This document shows, one piece after another, positions 42,179-54,985 of a stretch of DNA of 62,197 bases. A model generated the notes under the pieces. The model searched no databases and was not told the origin of the DNA. It saw nothing but the letters and a program-made list of their open reading frames with translations. Every line of letters begins with the position of its first letter. Position 1 is the stretch's first letter. The stretch comes from an uncultured Clostridia bacterium. GTDB taxonomy: Bacteria; CAYTYR01; UBA6262. Where the stretch lies: assembly GCA_964441745.1 (NCBI GenBank), contig CAYTYR010000014.1:1-62197 (forward strand), read 5' to 3'. The translations under genes and the position numbers were made by a program.

Positions 42179-43063
42179 TCATTTATTTACGTCTCTGTGT
42201 TTTACTTTAGCATCATATTTGCGGCCAGTCAGGTATTTCTCCATCTCGTTGGTCACAACAACAGACCGGTGCTTCCCGCCAGTGCAGCCGATAGCTATGG
42301 TCAGGTAGGTTTTCCCTTCATTGATATAATGAGGAATTAAGAATTTCAGCAAATTAAAATATTTTCTCAGGAATTTCTGGGTAACCGGATTATTTAGGAC
42401 AAAATCCTTCACTTTAGAATCATTCCCGGTATACGGTTTCAATTCATCAACATAATGCGGATTAGGCAGAAAACGCACATCTACTACCAGGTCCGCATCC
42501 GGAGGCATACCATATTTATAGCCAAAGGAAACCAGGCTGATCTGCACTGTCCTGGCTTTATCTGTAGCCGCACTGAAAGACTCATTGAGCATGTCCCGCA
42601 ATTCTTTAGCCGTTAAATTAGAGGTGTCAATGATCTTGTCTGCTTTCGCTTTGATCTCCGTCAATAAAGCTCTTTCTTTTTCAATACCTTCAACAATATT
42701 GCTTCCCTCGCCGCGCCTGTCCAGCGGATGACGGCGCCTGGTTTCGCTGAAACGGCGCAACAGGACTTCATTGGAAGCATCCAGGAATAATACTTCATAT
42801 TTTATCTGCAGGTCAGAAAGCTCTTCCAAGGTCGTAAATAAATTACCGAGGAAGCCGCCTTCCCGCACATCAATGCCCAGAGCCACCTTATCGATCCGGC
42901 CACCGGACTGAGCCACCACTTCGGCAAACTTCGGCAACAAGATGATCGGCAGATTATCAACGCAAAAAAAACCCAAGTCTTCAAAAACATTGATCGCGGA
43001 GCTTTTACCAGCTCCGCTCATACCGGTAATAATAATAAGTCTATTGATACTGCTTGGAGGCAT
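42179..43063 (-). CDS. rapZ: RNase adapter RapZ/YvcJ
   Basis: TGMSGAGKS, VDNLP, ETRRRHP, DVRFLPNP, IGCTGGKHRSV motifs. Confidence 0.96.
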   Translation of the reverse strand: MPPSSINRLIIITGMSGAGKSSAINVFEDLGFFCVDNLPIILLPKFAEVVAQSGGRIDKVALGIDVREGGFLGNLFTTLEELSDLQIKYEVLFLDASNEVLLRRFSETRRRHPLDRRGEGSNIVEGIEKERALLTEIKAKADKIIDTSNLTAKELRDMLNESFSAATDKARTVQISLVSFGYKYGMPPDADLVVDVRFLPNPHYVDELKPYTGNDSKVKDFVLNNPVTQKFLRKYFNLLKFLIPHYINEGKTYLTIAIGCTGGKHRSVVVTNEMEKYLTGRKYDAKVKHRDVNK

Positions 43064-43065
43064 GA

Positions 43066-44007
43066 CTACTGCTCCTTTTGCGTCTTTTCCTTTAGTTTTT
43101 TATCAAACTCATAAGCGGTGAAATAGCCGGTCTGCTTCAGGCGCCAGTTCATCGCCGCCACTTCTACTATCGCGGCGATATTACGGCCCGGCCGGATAGG
43201 GATAAGCAGTTTGGGCACTTCTACTCCCAGTATTTCATACGTCACTTCATCCAATCCCAGACGGTCATATTCACGTTTAGCATCCCATTCTTCCATTTGA
43301 ATAACCAGGTCTATTTCCGTATCATCGCGGATAGCCCCAGCACCAAACAAATTCCTGATATCAATGATCCCTAAACCGCGTATTTCCATATGATACTTGA
43401 TAAACTCCATACCTTTGCCCACCAGCAAGGTGGATGATTTTTTGCGTATATCCACTACATCATCAGCTACCAGGCGATGCCCCCTTTTGACCAATTCCAG
43501 GGCGCATTCACTTTTACCGATACCGCTTTCTCCCAGGATCAGGGAACCGACGCCATAGACATCGATCAGGACACCATGGACACTGGTGGAAGGAGCAAAC
43601 TTCTCTTCCAAATAGGCAGTTACTTCATTGATAAAGGTAATGGTATTTAAAGGCGTACGCAGGATGGTGACTGCCCGATCATTAGCCAGCTTGATCAGTT
43701 CCTGAGGTGGTTCCAAACTGCGAGTGATCACAAAGCAAACCAAATCATAAGAAAATAGCCGCTCTAATATTTCCTGCCGGCGATTCTGGTCCAATTCAGC
43801 CAAATATGATAATTCAGTCATGCCTAATACCTGGATCCGTTCAAAAGCAAAGTACTTAAAGTATCCGGATAAAGCCAATCCAGGACGGTTGACATCAAAA
43901 ACCGTAATTTTCTTCTCCAAGCCTGTTTCACCGGCCAGCAATTCCAGCTGCATTTTTAATTGTTTCTCTTTTAAAAATTCCTTGACCATCACTCCAGACA
44001 TAACCAC
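43066..44007 (-). CDS. hprK: HPr kinase/phosphorylase
   Basis: RPGLALSG, GESGIGKSE, HRLVADD, MEIRGLGII, PGRNIA motifs; start may be ATG 44001. Confidence 0.96.
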   Translation of the reverse strand: MVMSGVMVKEFLKEKQLKMQLELLAGETGLEKKITVFDVNRPGLALSGYFKYFAFERIQVLGMTELSYLAELDQNRRQEILERLFSYDLVCFVITRSLEPPQELIKLANDRAVTILRTPLNTITFINEVTAYLEEKFAPSTSVHGVLIDVYGVGSLILGESGIGKSECALELVKRGHRLVADDVVDIRKKSSTLLVGKGMEFIKYHMEIRGLGIIDIRNLFGAGAIRDDTEIDLVIQMEEWDAKREYDRLGLDEVTYEILGVEVPKLLIPIRPGRNIAAIVEVAAMNWRLKQTGYFTAYEFDKKLKEKTQKEQ

Positions 44008-44015
44008 CCCAAATT

Positions 44016-44096
44016 CGCTTATGGCTTATAGCGTATGGCTATTGTAAAAGCCCTTTTATTTTTCTGCCATTAGCCATATGCCATATGCTATTAGCG
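44016..44096. repeat. Family B hairpin between ptsN and hprK
   Basis: CGCTTATGGCTTATAGCGTATGGCTA ... GCCATTAGCCATATGCCATATGCTATTAGCG. Confidence 0.8.
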
Positions 44097-44105
44097 TCTG
44101 TTATT

Positions 44106-44567
44106 TTAGTATTCGTCTTCTTCCTTAATGATCTTGACCACTTCCGCAGTATCTTTGGCGTCACGCAAAGATTGGCGGAAATGCTTGTCTTTCAGGATAC
44201 GCGAGATCTTGGCCAAGGCTTTAAGATGGACTCCTGTTGATTCTACCGGCGCCAACAGTAAAAACACCAGGTAGACCGGTTCTCCATCCAGGCTTTCAAA
44301 CTCTATTCCCTGTTTAGACGAACCAAAGGCGATCACTACATTATCCACTTCATTGGTCTTGCCATGGGGGATGGCTATCCCCTGGCCAATTCCGGTCGAT
44401 CCAAGTTCTTCCCGGTCCAGCAGTATCTTGACCACTTTTTCCTTACTGCTGATCTTTTTGCTTTTGGCCAGCGCCTCTACCATTTCTTCCAGTACATCTT
44501 TCTTTTCTTTACCCTGCAGGTTTACTACTATTGCCTCTTTGACGATGAAATCCATTAATTTCATCAT
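44106..44567 (-). CDS. ptsN: PTS EIIA (Ntr/fructose type)
   Basis: REELGSTGIGQGIAIPH, HLKALAKIS motifs; follows hpf. Confidence 0.85.
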   Translation of the reverse strand: MMKLMDFIVKEAIVVNLQGKEKKDVLEEMVEALAKSKKISSKEKVVKILLDREELGSTGIGQGIAIPHGKTNEVDNVVIAFGSSKQGIEFESLDGEPVYLVFLLLAPVESTGVHLKALAKISRILKDKHFRQSLRDAKDTAEVVKIIKEEDEY

Positions 44568-44599
44568 TTCCTCCTTATCACACTCAAATATAGATATAT

Positions 44600-45157
44600 T
44601 TACAGAACCGGCTCTAATAATCCGAAAGTTCCGTCGCGCCGTTTATAGACAATATTGACTTTGCTGGTTTCTATATTCACAAAAGCCCAGAAATCATTAT
44701 CCGTCAGCTCCATCCTCTTAATAGCTTCTTTGGCATTTATGGGCGTGGTATCAAATTCTTTTTTAATCACATTCTTTGTCAGGTCGCCGCCAATCTTCTC
44801 TGCCCCGTTACGAGAAATTATTTTCGCATCGGTCCTGAGCAAAGTAGCGCTGATACGATGATCATGATGTTTATTGGTCTTTATTTTTTCTTTGAACTTT
44901 TTCATCTGCCGATCCAGGCTGTCAACCATCAGGTCAATAGCCGCATACAGATCCTGCGACTCTTCCTTGGCATTGATCCTGGCTCCTCCGGCATTAACCG
45001 TCGCTTCTGCTATTGAGTAGTACTTCTCTACGGTCAGGATCACATGCGCATCGATCACATTATCAAAATACTTTTGTGCCTTGCTGACTTTCTCCACTGC
45101 ATACTGTTTCAATTGCGGGGTTAGCTTTGCATGTCGTACGGTAACATTCACTTGCAT
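44600..45157 (-). CDS. hpf: Ribosome hibernation promoting factor (long HPF)
   Basis: DLYAAID and C-terminal VNIVYKRRDGTFGLLEP. Confidence 0.92.
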   Translation of the reverse strand: MQVNVTVRHAKLTPQLKQYAVEKVSKAQKYFDNVIDAHVILTVEKYYSIAEATVNAGGARINAKEESQDLYAAIDLMVDSLDRQMKKFKEKIKTNKHHDHRISATLLRTDAKIISRNGAEKIGGDLTKNVIKKEFDTTPINAKEAIKRMELTDNDFWAFVNIETSKVNIVYKRRDGTFGLLEPVL

Positions 45158-45219
45158 TTAAATTACTCCTCTCTATTTTTACGAATATCGCGAATTATAG
45201 CGAATCGCCCGAATAAAAA

Positions 45220-45942
45220 TTATAACGTGAATCCTTCGCCGAGATAGATCTGGCGGGCTTTTTCATTGTTCACTAATTCTTTAGCTGAGCCCTGGAGCAG
45301 GATCTTCCCTTCATACATAATATAAGCCCGGTCAATGATCTTGAGCGTTTCCCGGACATTATGGTCAGTGATCAGGACCCCCAGGCCTTTTTGGCGCAGT
45401 TTGGAAATGATCCGCTGGATATCGATCACCGCGATCGGATCAATACCGAGAAACGGCTCATCCAACAGGATAAACTTAGGATTGGTCACCAACGCCCGGC
45501 TTATTTCCACCCTTCGTTTTTCACCACCGCTTAACAGATATGTTTTAGCTTTAGCCAGGTCAGCGATATCAAATTCTTCCAGCAAAGAGCGCATCTTTTC
45601 CAGGCGTTCTTTTTTGCTTAAAGGCAGTGTTTCCAATATTGCCAGCAGGTTTTCTTCTACCGTCAAATGGCGGAAAATAGATGGTTCCTGTGACAAATAC
45701 CCGATACCCATACGGGCCCGCATATACATTGGCAGGTTAGTAATGTCATGCTCATCTAATTTGATCTGCCCGCTATTGGGCGAGATCAATCCTACGGTCA
45801 TATAGAATGTAGTAGTTTTGCCGGCGCCATTTGGGCCCAGCAATCCCACTATTTCGCCTTCGTCAACATTAACGCTGACCTTATTGACTACCGGCCTTTT
45901 GGCATAATATTTGACCAGCTCCTGGGTATATAATTTGCTCAT
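45220..45942 (-). CDS. lptB: LPS export ABC ATPase LptB
   Basis: GPNGAGKTT, LSGGEKRRVEI, TDHNVRETL, YLGEGF motifs. Confidence 0.96.
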   Translation of the reverse strand: MSKLYTQELVKYYAKRPVVNKVSVNVDEGEIVGLLGPNGAGKTTTFYMTVGLISPNSGQIKLDEHDITNLPMYMRARMGIGYLSQEPSIFRHLTVEENLLAILETLPLSKKERLEKMRSLLEEFDIADLAKAKTYLLSGGEKRRVEISRALVTNPKFILLDEPFLGIDPIAVIDIQRIISKLRQKGLGVLITDHNVRETLKIIDRAYIMYEGKILLQGSAKELVNNEKARQIYLGEGFTL

Positions 45943-46619
45943 TAGTTACTAGCCTTTTCATTTTTAATTGAGGTGATCTTAGCCTGGACATTCTCTTCTA
46001 TGACCACTCGCTCATTTTCTGTAAACACAGTTATTATTTTACCTGTATATTCACTGGTATTATCCGGATTCTGCTGCCAAACCCAGGGATTTCCGGTCAA
46101 GACCAGCTTTTTCTCCTGGTAATAATAATCAGCCACATCGCTTTTAGATTTTGCCTCTGGCTGGACAATGTTTACATTACCCGTGACCCGGGCCCGTTTT
46201 TCAGTATTAAATATCTCCACCAGGTCGCCGGTGATAGTGGTATCATTTTTAGGATTAGCAGCGTCTTGGCGCACGATCTTCGGGGATTTAGTGACTGTCC
46301 CGTACCCGGTTTTGCGGTTAAAGACCATTTTGCCGCCATAGATATCAGTGGTCTCTTTTTCTTTTATTTCCTGGTAATGGACATTCCCTTCTGCTTCTAA
46401 ACGGTCTTCAGCCAAGTAATGCCAGACTTTGTCAGCGTACAACAACCCTTGTTCCTGGGATACTTTAACCTGCCCGCTGAAGAAAGCCACCTGGCCTTTT
46501 TCCAGAGTTTCCATTTGTTGGCTGGAGACATCAATTGGCTTGTTTTCAGTACCTGACAAGACTGCCGCGCTAGCCAGAATTATTATACCTATTTCAATTA
46601 GGCCTGTTATTTTTCTCAT
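45942..46619 (-). CDS. lptA: LptA/OstA family LPS transport periplasmic protein
   Basis: Signal peptide, beta-jellyroll repeats (FSGQV, AEGNV, LTGNP); between lptC and lptB. Confidence 0.8.
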   Translation of the reverse strand: MRKITGLIEIGIIILASAAVLSGTENKPIDVSSQQMETLEKGQVAFFSGQVKVSQEQGLLYADKVWHYLAEDRLEAEGNVHYQEIKEKETTDIYGGKMVFNRKTGYGTVTKSPKIVRQDAANPKNDTTITGDLVEIFNTEKRARVTGNVNIVQPEAKSKSDVADYYYQEKKLVLTGNPWVWQQNPDNTSEYTGKIITVFTENERVVIEENVQAKITSIKNEKASN

Positions 46620-46621
46620 TG

Positions 46622-47161
46622 TTATTTTGTCTCTTTGCTGGTCGGAATAACTTGCGCTTTTACTTCCCGTTTTATGACTGTACGCGACAAGTCCGGTTCA
46701 GCCTCCAATCCATAGCCGGTAACAATGCCGCCAGGCCTGGTTTCCTTGACAAAAGAATCTGTCACGATCTTTTTGCGTTTGTTATCCCAATTCAATTGAT
46801 CTGTTTCCAGTTTTACTTTTTCAGACTCGCTGGTGAAAACAACATTACCGGTAGCGATCATATCGCCGGTTTCAGTATTGATATCTCCTTTTTCTGCGAC
46901 CAATACCGAAGTTAGCGCTTCATCCTTATAAAATTTCAATCTGATCTTTTCCAGCTTAGTTCTTTTCTCCGTTTCCTGCAGCAGCGCCCGGGCTGCTTCC
47001 AGCTCCCATTGCTTTTTCCCGGCCTGGGTCTCTATCATAGAAAACTTTTCCAAGAACTGCTCGGCCTTTACTGGAGACAAATCTCCACTATTGTTATTCT
47101 TCTCTTTACACCCGCTTAATATTAAAACAGGGAGTATAGCTAATATTATTATTTTATTCAT
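46622..47161 (-). CDS. lptC: LPS export protein LptC
   Basis: Lipobox-like LSGC, WELEA, LETDQLNWD, GYGLEA motifs. Confidence 0.85.
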   Translation of the reverse strand: MNKIIILAILPVLILSGCKEKNNNSGDLSPVKAEQFLEKFSMIETQAGKKQWELEAARALLQETEKRTKLEKIRLKFYKDEALTSVLVAEKGDINTETGDMIATGNVVFTSESEKVKLETDQLNWDNKRKKIVTDSFVKETRPGGIVTGYGLEAEPDLSRTVIKREVKAQVIPTSKETK

Positions 47162-47213
47162 AAATTAAGAGCCTTCGCAGTACGCTATGCGCTATACGCT
47201 ATACGCTATTTTT

Positions 47214-47753
47214 TTACTCTCCTTCTTCATAATATCTGGCGCATACTTTTTCCCAATTACCCTGGGTTTTAATGATTAATTCAATCACTTCCCGGAATAC
47301 ACCTTTGCCACCTTCAGCTTTGGTTACCAAGTCAGCTTCCTTTTTTACCTCTTGAGGGGAATTAGCTGGGCAAATGGCCAATCCGGCATGGCGCAAGATC
47401 GGGATATCGATTAGATCATCCCCCAGAAAAGCTATTTCTTCATCATGCAGCTGATATTTTTCTTTTAAATCAGCATAGGCTTCTTTTTTCTTAGTCGCTT
47501 TCTGGTAAACAGCGTCAATATGACACTCGGCGGCGCAGCGGGCCACTTCTTTTGATTCCCGGCCGGTGATCCAGCAAAGCTTCAGGTTATCTGTCCGATG
47601 CGCCAGGGCAAATCCCATACGGTCCTTGACGTTCCAGATCTTGATCTCATCGGTATTATTAATAAAAATGATCTCGCCGCCGGTCAATACCCCGTCTACA
47701 TCCATCGCGACCATTTTTATCTTTTTAATTTTATCTTCTAAACTCTTACGCAT
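47214..47753 (-). CDS. kdsC: Kdo-8-phosphate phosphatase (HAD)
   Basis: DVDGVLT, ITGR, GDDLID, GGKGVFRE motifs; ATG at 47753. Confidence 0.92.
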   Translation of the reverse strand: MRKSLEDKIKKIKMVAMDVDGVLTGGEIIFINNTDEIKIWNVKDRMGFALAHRTDNLKLCWITGRESKEVARCAAECHIDAVYQKATKKKEAYADLKEKYQLHDEEIAFLGDDLIDIPILRHAGLAICPANSPQEVKKEADLVTKAEGGKGVFREVIELIIKTQGNWEKVCARYYEEGE

Positions 47754-47788
47754 TGATTCTCCCCTAGTGTTTAACACTTAAACTGCCT

Positions 47789-48169
47789 TTAGCGAATATG
47801 AGATAAAAATTCTTTTGCTAACGCCACTAATTCACCAGCATCTCCCTGCGTAAACACTACCAGTTCTTTATAATCACCTTCTTGCCTGATTTCAAAAGCT
47901 TTATGCAATATCTTTGAATACTTTTTGGCAAATTTACCGGTATGAACAAATTCCTTATCAAATATAGCAATAACTCCGGCATGTTTTGACGTTTTTAAGT
48001 CAATATTATTTTTTATAAAAAGAGCTAATACAGCATAAAACATCGCGTAATAAGCGCGGTTAATAATTGATTGGGAACTTAGCTTACTTTTTAACATAGC
48101 CTCAGCATCTCGCAGAGTATCCTGAGCCTGTTTTAATCTATAATCAGCCAGAACTTTCTTGTAATTCAT
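47789..48169 (-). CDS. HEPN domain protein (putative toxin of an MNT-HEPN pair)
   Basis: NRAYYAMFY, KHAGVI, RQEGDY; overlaps the MNT stop (ATGA). Confidence 0.88.
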   Translation of the reverse strand: MNYKKVLADYRLKQAQDTLRDAEAMLKSKLSSQSIINRAYYAMFYAVLALFIKNNIDLKTSKHAGVIAIFDKEFVHTGKFAKKYSKILHKAFEIRQEGDYKELVVFTQGDAGELVALAKEFLSHIR

Positions 48170-48483
48170 ACCAGCAAGCCTTCTTTAAGAATATTCTTAA
48201 TAATCGGCGATGATTTTAAAGCCGAATTTTCTATTTCGTTTTTAGTAATAATAAACGGTGAAATAACTAAGCCATGTTCATAGCTGACTTCCCAAACAAT
48301 ATCAGAAATCTTGTTTTTCATTTTCTTATCAAGACTGTCAACCTCCAGAAATACATCTAAATCTGAATATTCGCTTTCATCTCCGCGGGCGCGCGACCCA
48401 AATACCCGCATATCTATTAAATCCACTATCTTAGATACTTTTTTCTTAAGTTCACGAACAACTATATAATCTCTCTTTCGCAT
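48166..48483 (-). CDS. Minimal nucleotidyltransferase (MNT antitoxin)
   Basis: FGSRARGD..SDLDV (GSx10DxD), C-terminal ILKEG; alternative start 48507. Confidence 0.88.
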   Translation of the reverse strand: MRKRDYIVVRELKKKVSKIVDLIDMRVFGSRARGDESEYSDLDVFLEVDSLDKKMKNKISDIVWEVSYEHGLVISPFIITKNEIENSALKSSPIIKNILKEGLLV

Positions 48484-48553
48484 GGAAGCCCCTATACTTT
48501 TCTGCATATATTATTTTTTCAAAAAACAAGCTAATATCTTGACACCTGTGTTT

Positions 48554-49570
48554 CTACTTAATCCTTTTATAAGCTAAATTTTCAAGCGCACCAACAATTT
48601 CCTTATTTAGGAAATAATAGGGAGCAGGACAATTATGTATTTTAAAATTGCTCAGGCTATTTGTCGTTTTGCTCTTCTTTGCTATATCTCTTACTTCATC
48701 CGGCATAATTGATCGCTTTAGTTCTTTAAATCCGCTTATATCAAAATAGTATTTAAACTCCTTGTCTTTTTTTCTGTTGTAATCTAATGAAATCCCTTTA
48801 GATGTAAAGAAAGCAAATATCCCGCCTTTCTCTCCTTTCTTTTTACGATATAAAAACACTTTAAAATTCGGCAATTCGAACCCAGTGATTTTATCAGGTA
48901 TATGAAACTTATTACATTTGCCATCTACAATTTTTTTAAAGGTTTTCTCAGAACAAAAAATACTTAAGTTTACCATTTGTATTATTCCAGCTTTTTCATA
49001 GTTTACATTTTGCAAATATTCCTTGTATTCATCAACAACAAACTTGAGAGCTTTGCTTTGCGGTCTTAAATAAGCTGCTGATTTGTATATATCTCCCCAG
49101 CTGATATAATTAACATCTTTAACGTGTTTTCCTAATAAGTATTCCTTAATTATCCAGTCTTTATCAAAAGGTGTTAATAAAATAAGTTTAACCTTTTTAT
49201 ATTGCTTCTTAAGATCTTTGACATTAGCTATATGACTCTTAAGCTGATTACGGCTTAGAGCCGCCTTTCTTACTTTGGATTCAATTGCAATAAACCATTT
49301 TTTGCTTTTCGAGTATATTTGGCCATCCCAGGTTGCGCCATAATTCTGTTTCAAACAATCAATAGTAATGTCACTCGTCCTGCTAGTTTGTATTCCTATT
49401 TTTAAAGAATTAAAAAAGCGTAGAAACTCCTTCTTGTTTGAATTTAATAATGAATTAAGGAAAGCTAAAAAAGCATGAGTATTTTCATTTTCCTCTTGTG
49501 AATATCCTTTAAATAGATTGATAGATTCCAATTTATTATTCAAAATACATACCCTCTCTCTCATCTGCAT
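48554..49570 (-). CDS. Putative PD-(D/E)XK nuclease with possible PUA/EVE-like C-terminal domain
   Basis: ENENT, WDGQI..IAIESK, LILLTP, YISWGDI pattern; AT-rich and Lys-rich. Confidence 0.55.
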   Translation of the reverse strand: MQMRERVCILNNKLESINLFKGYSQEENENTHAFLAFLNSLLNSNKKEFLRFFNSLKIGIQTSRTSDITIDCLKQNYGATWDGQIYSKSKKWFIAIESKVRKAALSRNQLKSHIANVKDLKKQYKKVKLILLTPFDKDWIIKEYLLGKHVKDVNYISWGDIYKSAAYLRPQSKALKFVVDEYKEYLQNVNYEKAGIIQMVNLSIFCSEKTFKKIVDGKCNKFHIPDKITGFELPNFKVFLYRKKKGEKGGIFAFFTSKGISLDYNRKKDKEFKYYFDISGFKELKRSIMPDEVRDIAKKSKTTNSLSNFKIHNCPAPYYFLNKEIVGALENLAYKRIK

Positions 49571-49640
49571 CTTTACTATTTAACTGCCATCCGCGAGCTC
49601 CGATGTCTAATCGGAGCGGACGGCCAACCGCCATCCGTAT

Positions 49641-50600
49641 TTAACCAAGGCCTTTAGCCAACAGGTCTCTTTCATCAATAATTCCCACCGGCCGGTTCTT
49701 TTCATCCACTACCGGTATATTATCAAAATTCCGTTCCTGCATAATCCTGGCTGCCTCTGTGGCCATGCGGTCAGGCGTGATCGTAAAAGGTTTTTTGGTC
49801 ATTACTGTGCTGATCCGCTCAAATAATATATTTTCCCCTTTTTGTAAATGGCGGCGCAGGTCTCCGTCTGTGAAAAAGCCTGTTAACTTCCCTTGATGAT
49901 CAACGATATTTACCGCTCCCAGCCTTAAGGCAGTCATTACCAGTAAAGCTTCCTTTACCGTCTTGTGCTTACTGATGACCGGATTATTCTTACCAGACCG
50001 CATAATATCCCCAACCCGCAATAATAATTTCCGGCCCAGGGTGCCCCCTGGATGTAAGGCAGCAAAGTCTTTTTTTTGGAATCCCTTTTTCAAGAGTAAT
50101 GTGATCGCTAAAGCGTCACCTAAGGCCATGGTAACTGTAGTTGAAGCAGTTGGCGCTAAATTATATGGACAGGCTTCTTTATTTACTTTGGTATTAAGGA
50201 CAACATCACTGGCTTTAGCCATATTCGAATGAAACATCCCGGTGAGAGTTATCAACGGCAAACCCATGCCTTTGATCGCCGGCAATAATTTCAGTAATTC
50301 TTCATTTTCGCCGCTATAGGATATAGCCAGTATAACATCGCCTTTCATGACCATCCCCATATCCCCATGCGCTCCTTCAGTCGGATGTAAATAAAATGAA
50401 GGTGTTCCGGTTGAGGCCAGGGTAGCGGATATTTTGCGCCCGACCAATCCACTTTTGCCGATGCCCGTAACTACTACCCGGCCCCGGCAAGCGCTAATGA
50501 TCTCCACCGCCTGCTCGAAATTCTGATCCAGCCTCGGGATCATCTCTTTGATCGCTTTATATTCTATTTCCAATACTTGTTTAGCCTGTTGCAAGATCAT
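49641..50600 (-). CDS. kdsD: Arabinose-5-phosphate isomerase (SIS + CBS)
   Basis: GIGKSG, HGDMG, APTAST, HPGGTLG, TDGDLRR motifs; alternative GTG start 50615. Confidence 0.95.
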   Translation of the reverse strand: MILQQAKQVLEIEYKAIKEMIPRLDQNFEQAVEIISACRGRVVVTGIGKSGLVGRKISATLASTGTPSFYLHPTEGAHGDMGMVMKGDVILAISYSGENEELLKLLPAIKGMGLPLITLTGMFHSNMAKASDVVLNTKVNKEACPYNLAPTASTTVTMALGDALAITLLLKKGFQKKDFAALHPGGTLGRKLLLRVGDIMRSGKNNPVISKHKTVKEALLVMTALRLGAVNIVDHQGKLTGFFTDGDLRRHLQKGENILFERISTVMTKKPFTITPDRMATEAARIMQERNFDNIPVVDEKNRPVGIIDERDLLAKGLG

Positions 50601-50704
50601 TTTTGTCACTTTCACTAAATACAGTTTTAAATTTTTCCGCCTGAGGCGGACCCGCCAAGCTTAAGGGCGGGGAGTTTTATATTTATTCGACTAACGACGA
50701 ACCA

Positions 50705-53888
<3,184 letters not shown>

Positions 53889-53942
53889 TATTACTCCAGT
53901 TTCCAGCTCTACCACTCTATCACTTTACCACTTACCACTTTT

Positions 53943-54953
53943 TTATATCTTCAATCCCGCTTTATCCTGAATCAAATTTTCTTTTAATTCTTCTGGTGAA
54001 CAGGTAGCGGTACCGACTTTGGCTACCACTATTCCTGCCGCATGATTGGCTATGTATGCTGCCTGTTTCAGGTCTGCTCCTGCGGCCAGGGCTAAAGTCA
54101 GGGTGGAAATTACTGTATCCCCGGCGCCGGTCACATCAAATACTTCCCGAGCCATGGTCGGGATATGCAGGGATCTTTTACCCTGTTCAAACAAGGTCAT
54201 ACCTTTTTCACCCTGAGTGATCAAGAGCGACTGGCAATGCAATTTTTTAATGATCTTTTCTCCCAGCATTTCAGTTTCTGCCTGGTCCCGGGGCACTGGA
54301 TAATGAATGCCCTGCGCCGCTTCCAGGTGATTCGGCGTAATACAGGTCACGCCCTTGTATTTCAGGAAATGCTCCACCTTGGGATCAACGGTGATCACTT
54401 TGTTATAACGATGAGCCAGTTTGATCGTTTCTTTTAACAGCGGAACGCTAATCATACCCTTGCCGTAATCGGAAATTATGATCGCATCCACCTGGGGAAT
54501 AGTTTCTTTAAGGTACTGCTGTCCCCGGGTAATGATCGTTTTATCTTTGCTCTCCCGGTCTTCCCGGTCGATCCTGACTATTTGCTGGATGTTAGCGATG
54601 ATCCTGGTTTTTTGGATCGTCGGAATCCCGGCATCGGTAAAAACTCCGTTCGTATCTACGCCCAGATCATTAATCAGTTCTACGATCTGGCTCCCCACCA
54701 GGTCATGGCCAATGACGCCGCATAAAAATACTTGTCCTTTCAAAGCCGCAATGTTATGGGCTACATTGCCGCTGCCGCCAGGCACAAAGCTTTCTTTGCT
54801 GACTTCTACTATCGGCACAGGCGCTTCCGGGGAAAGACGTGACACTTTTCCCCAGACAAAATGGTCAACTATTATATCTCCGATCACCAGTATCTTGGTT
54901 TTAGAGAAACGGTCAACAATTTTCAGGATGTTCGCTACATCATACTTGGACAT
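53943..54953 (-). CDS. rfaE1: D-glycero-manno-heptose-7-phosphate kinase (RfaE domain I)
   Basis: RLSPEAPVP, SDYGKG, TPN, DVTGAGDT motifs. Confidence 0.93.
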   Translation of the reverse strand: MSKYDVANILKIVDRFSKTKILVIGDIIVDHFVWGKVSRLSPEAPVPIVEVSKESFVPGGSGNVAHNIAALKGQVFLCGVIGHDLVGSQIVELINDLGVDTNGVFTDAGIPTIQKTRIIANIQQIVRIDREDRESKDKTIITRGQQYLKETIPQVDAIIISDYGKGMISVPLLKETIKLAHRYNKVITVDPKVEHFLKYKGVTCITPNHLEAAQGIHYPVPRDQAETEMLGEKIIKKLHCQSLLITQGEKGMTLFEQGKRSLHIPTMAREVFDVTGAGDTVISTLTLALAAGADLKQAAYIANHAAGIVVAKVGTATCSPEELKENLIQDKAGLKI

Positions 54954-54985
54954 AAAAATCTCCTAGCGCTGATAACTTGGCCGGT

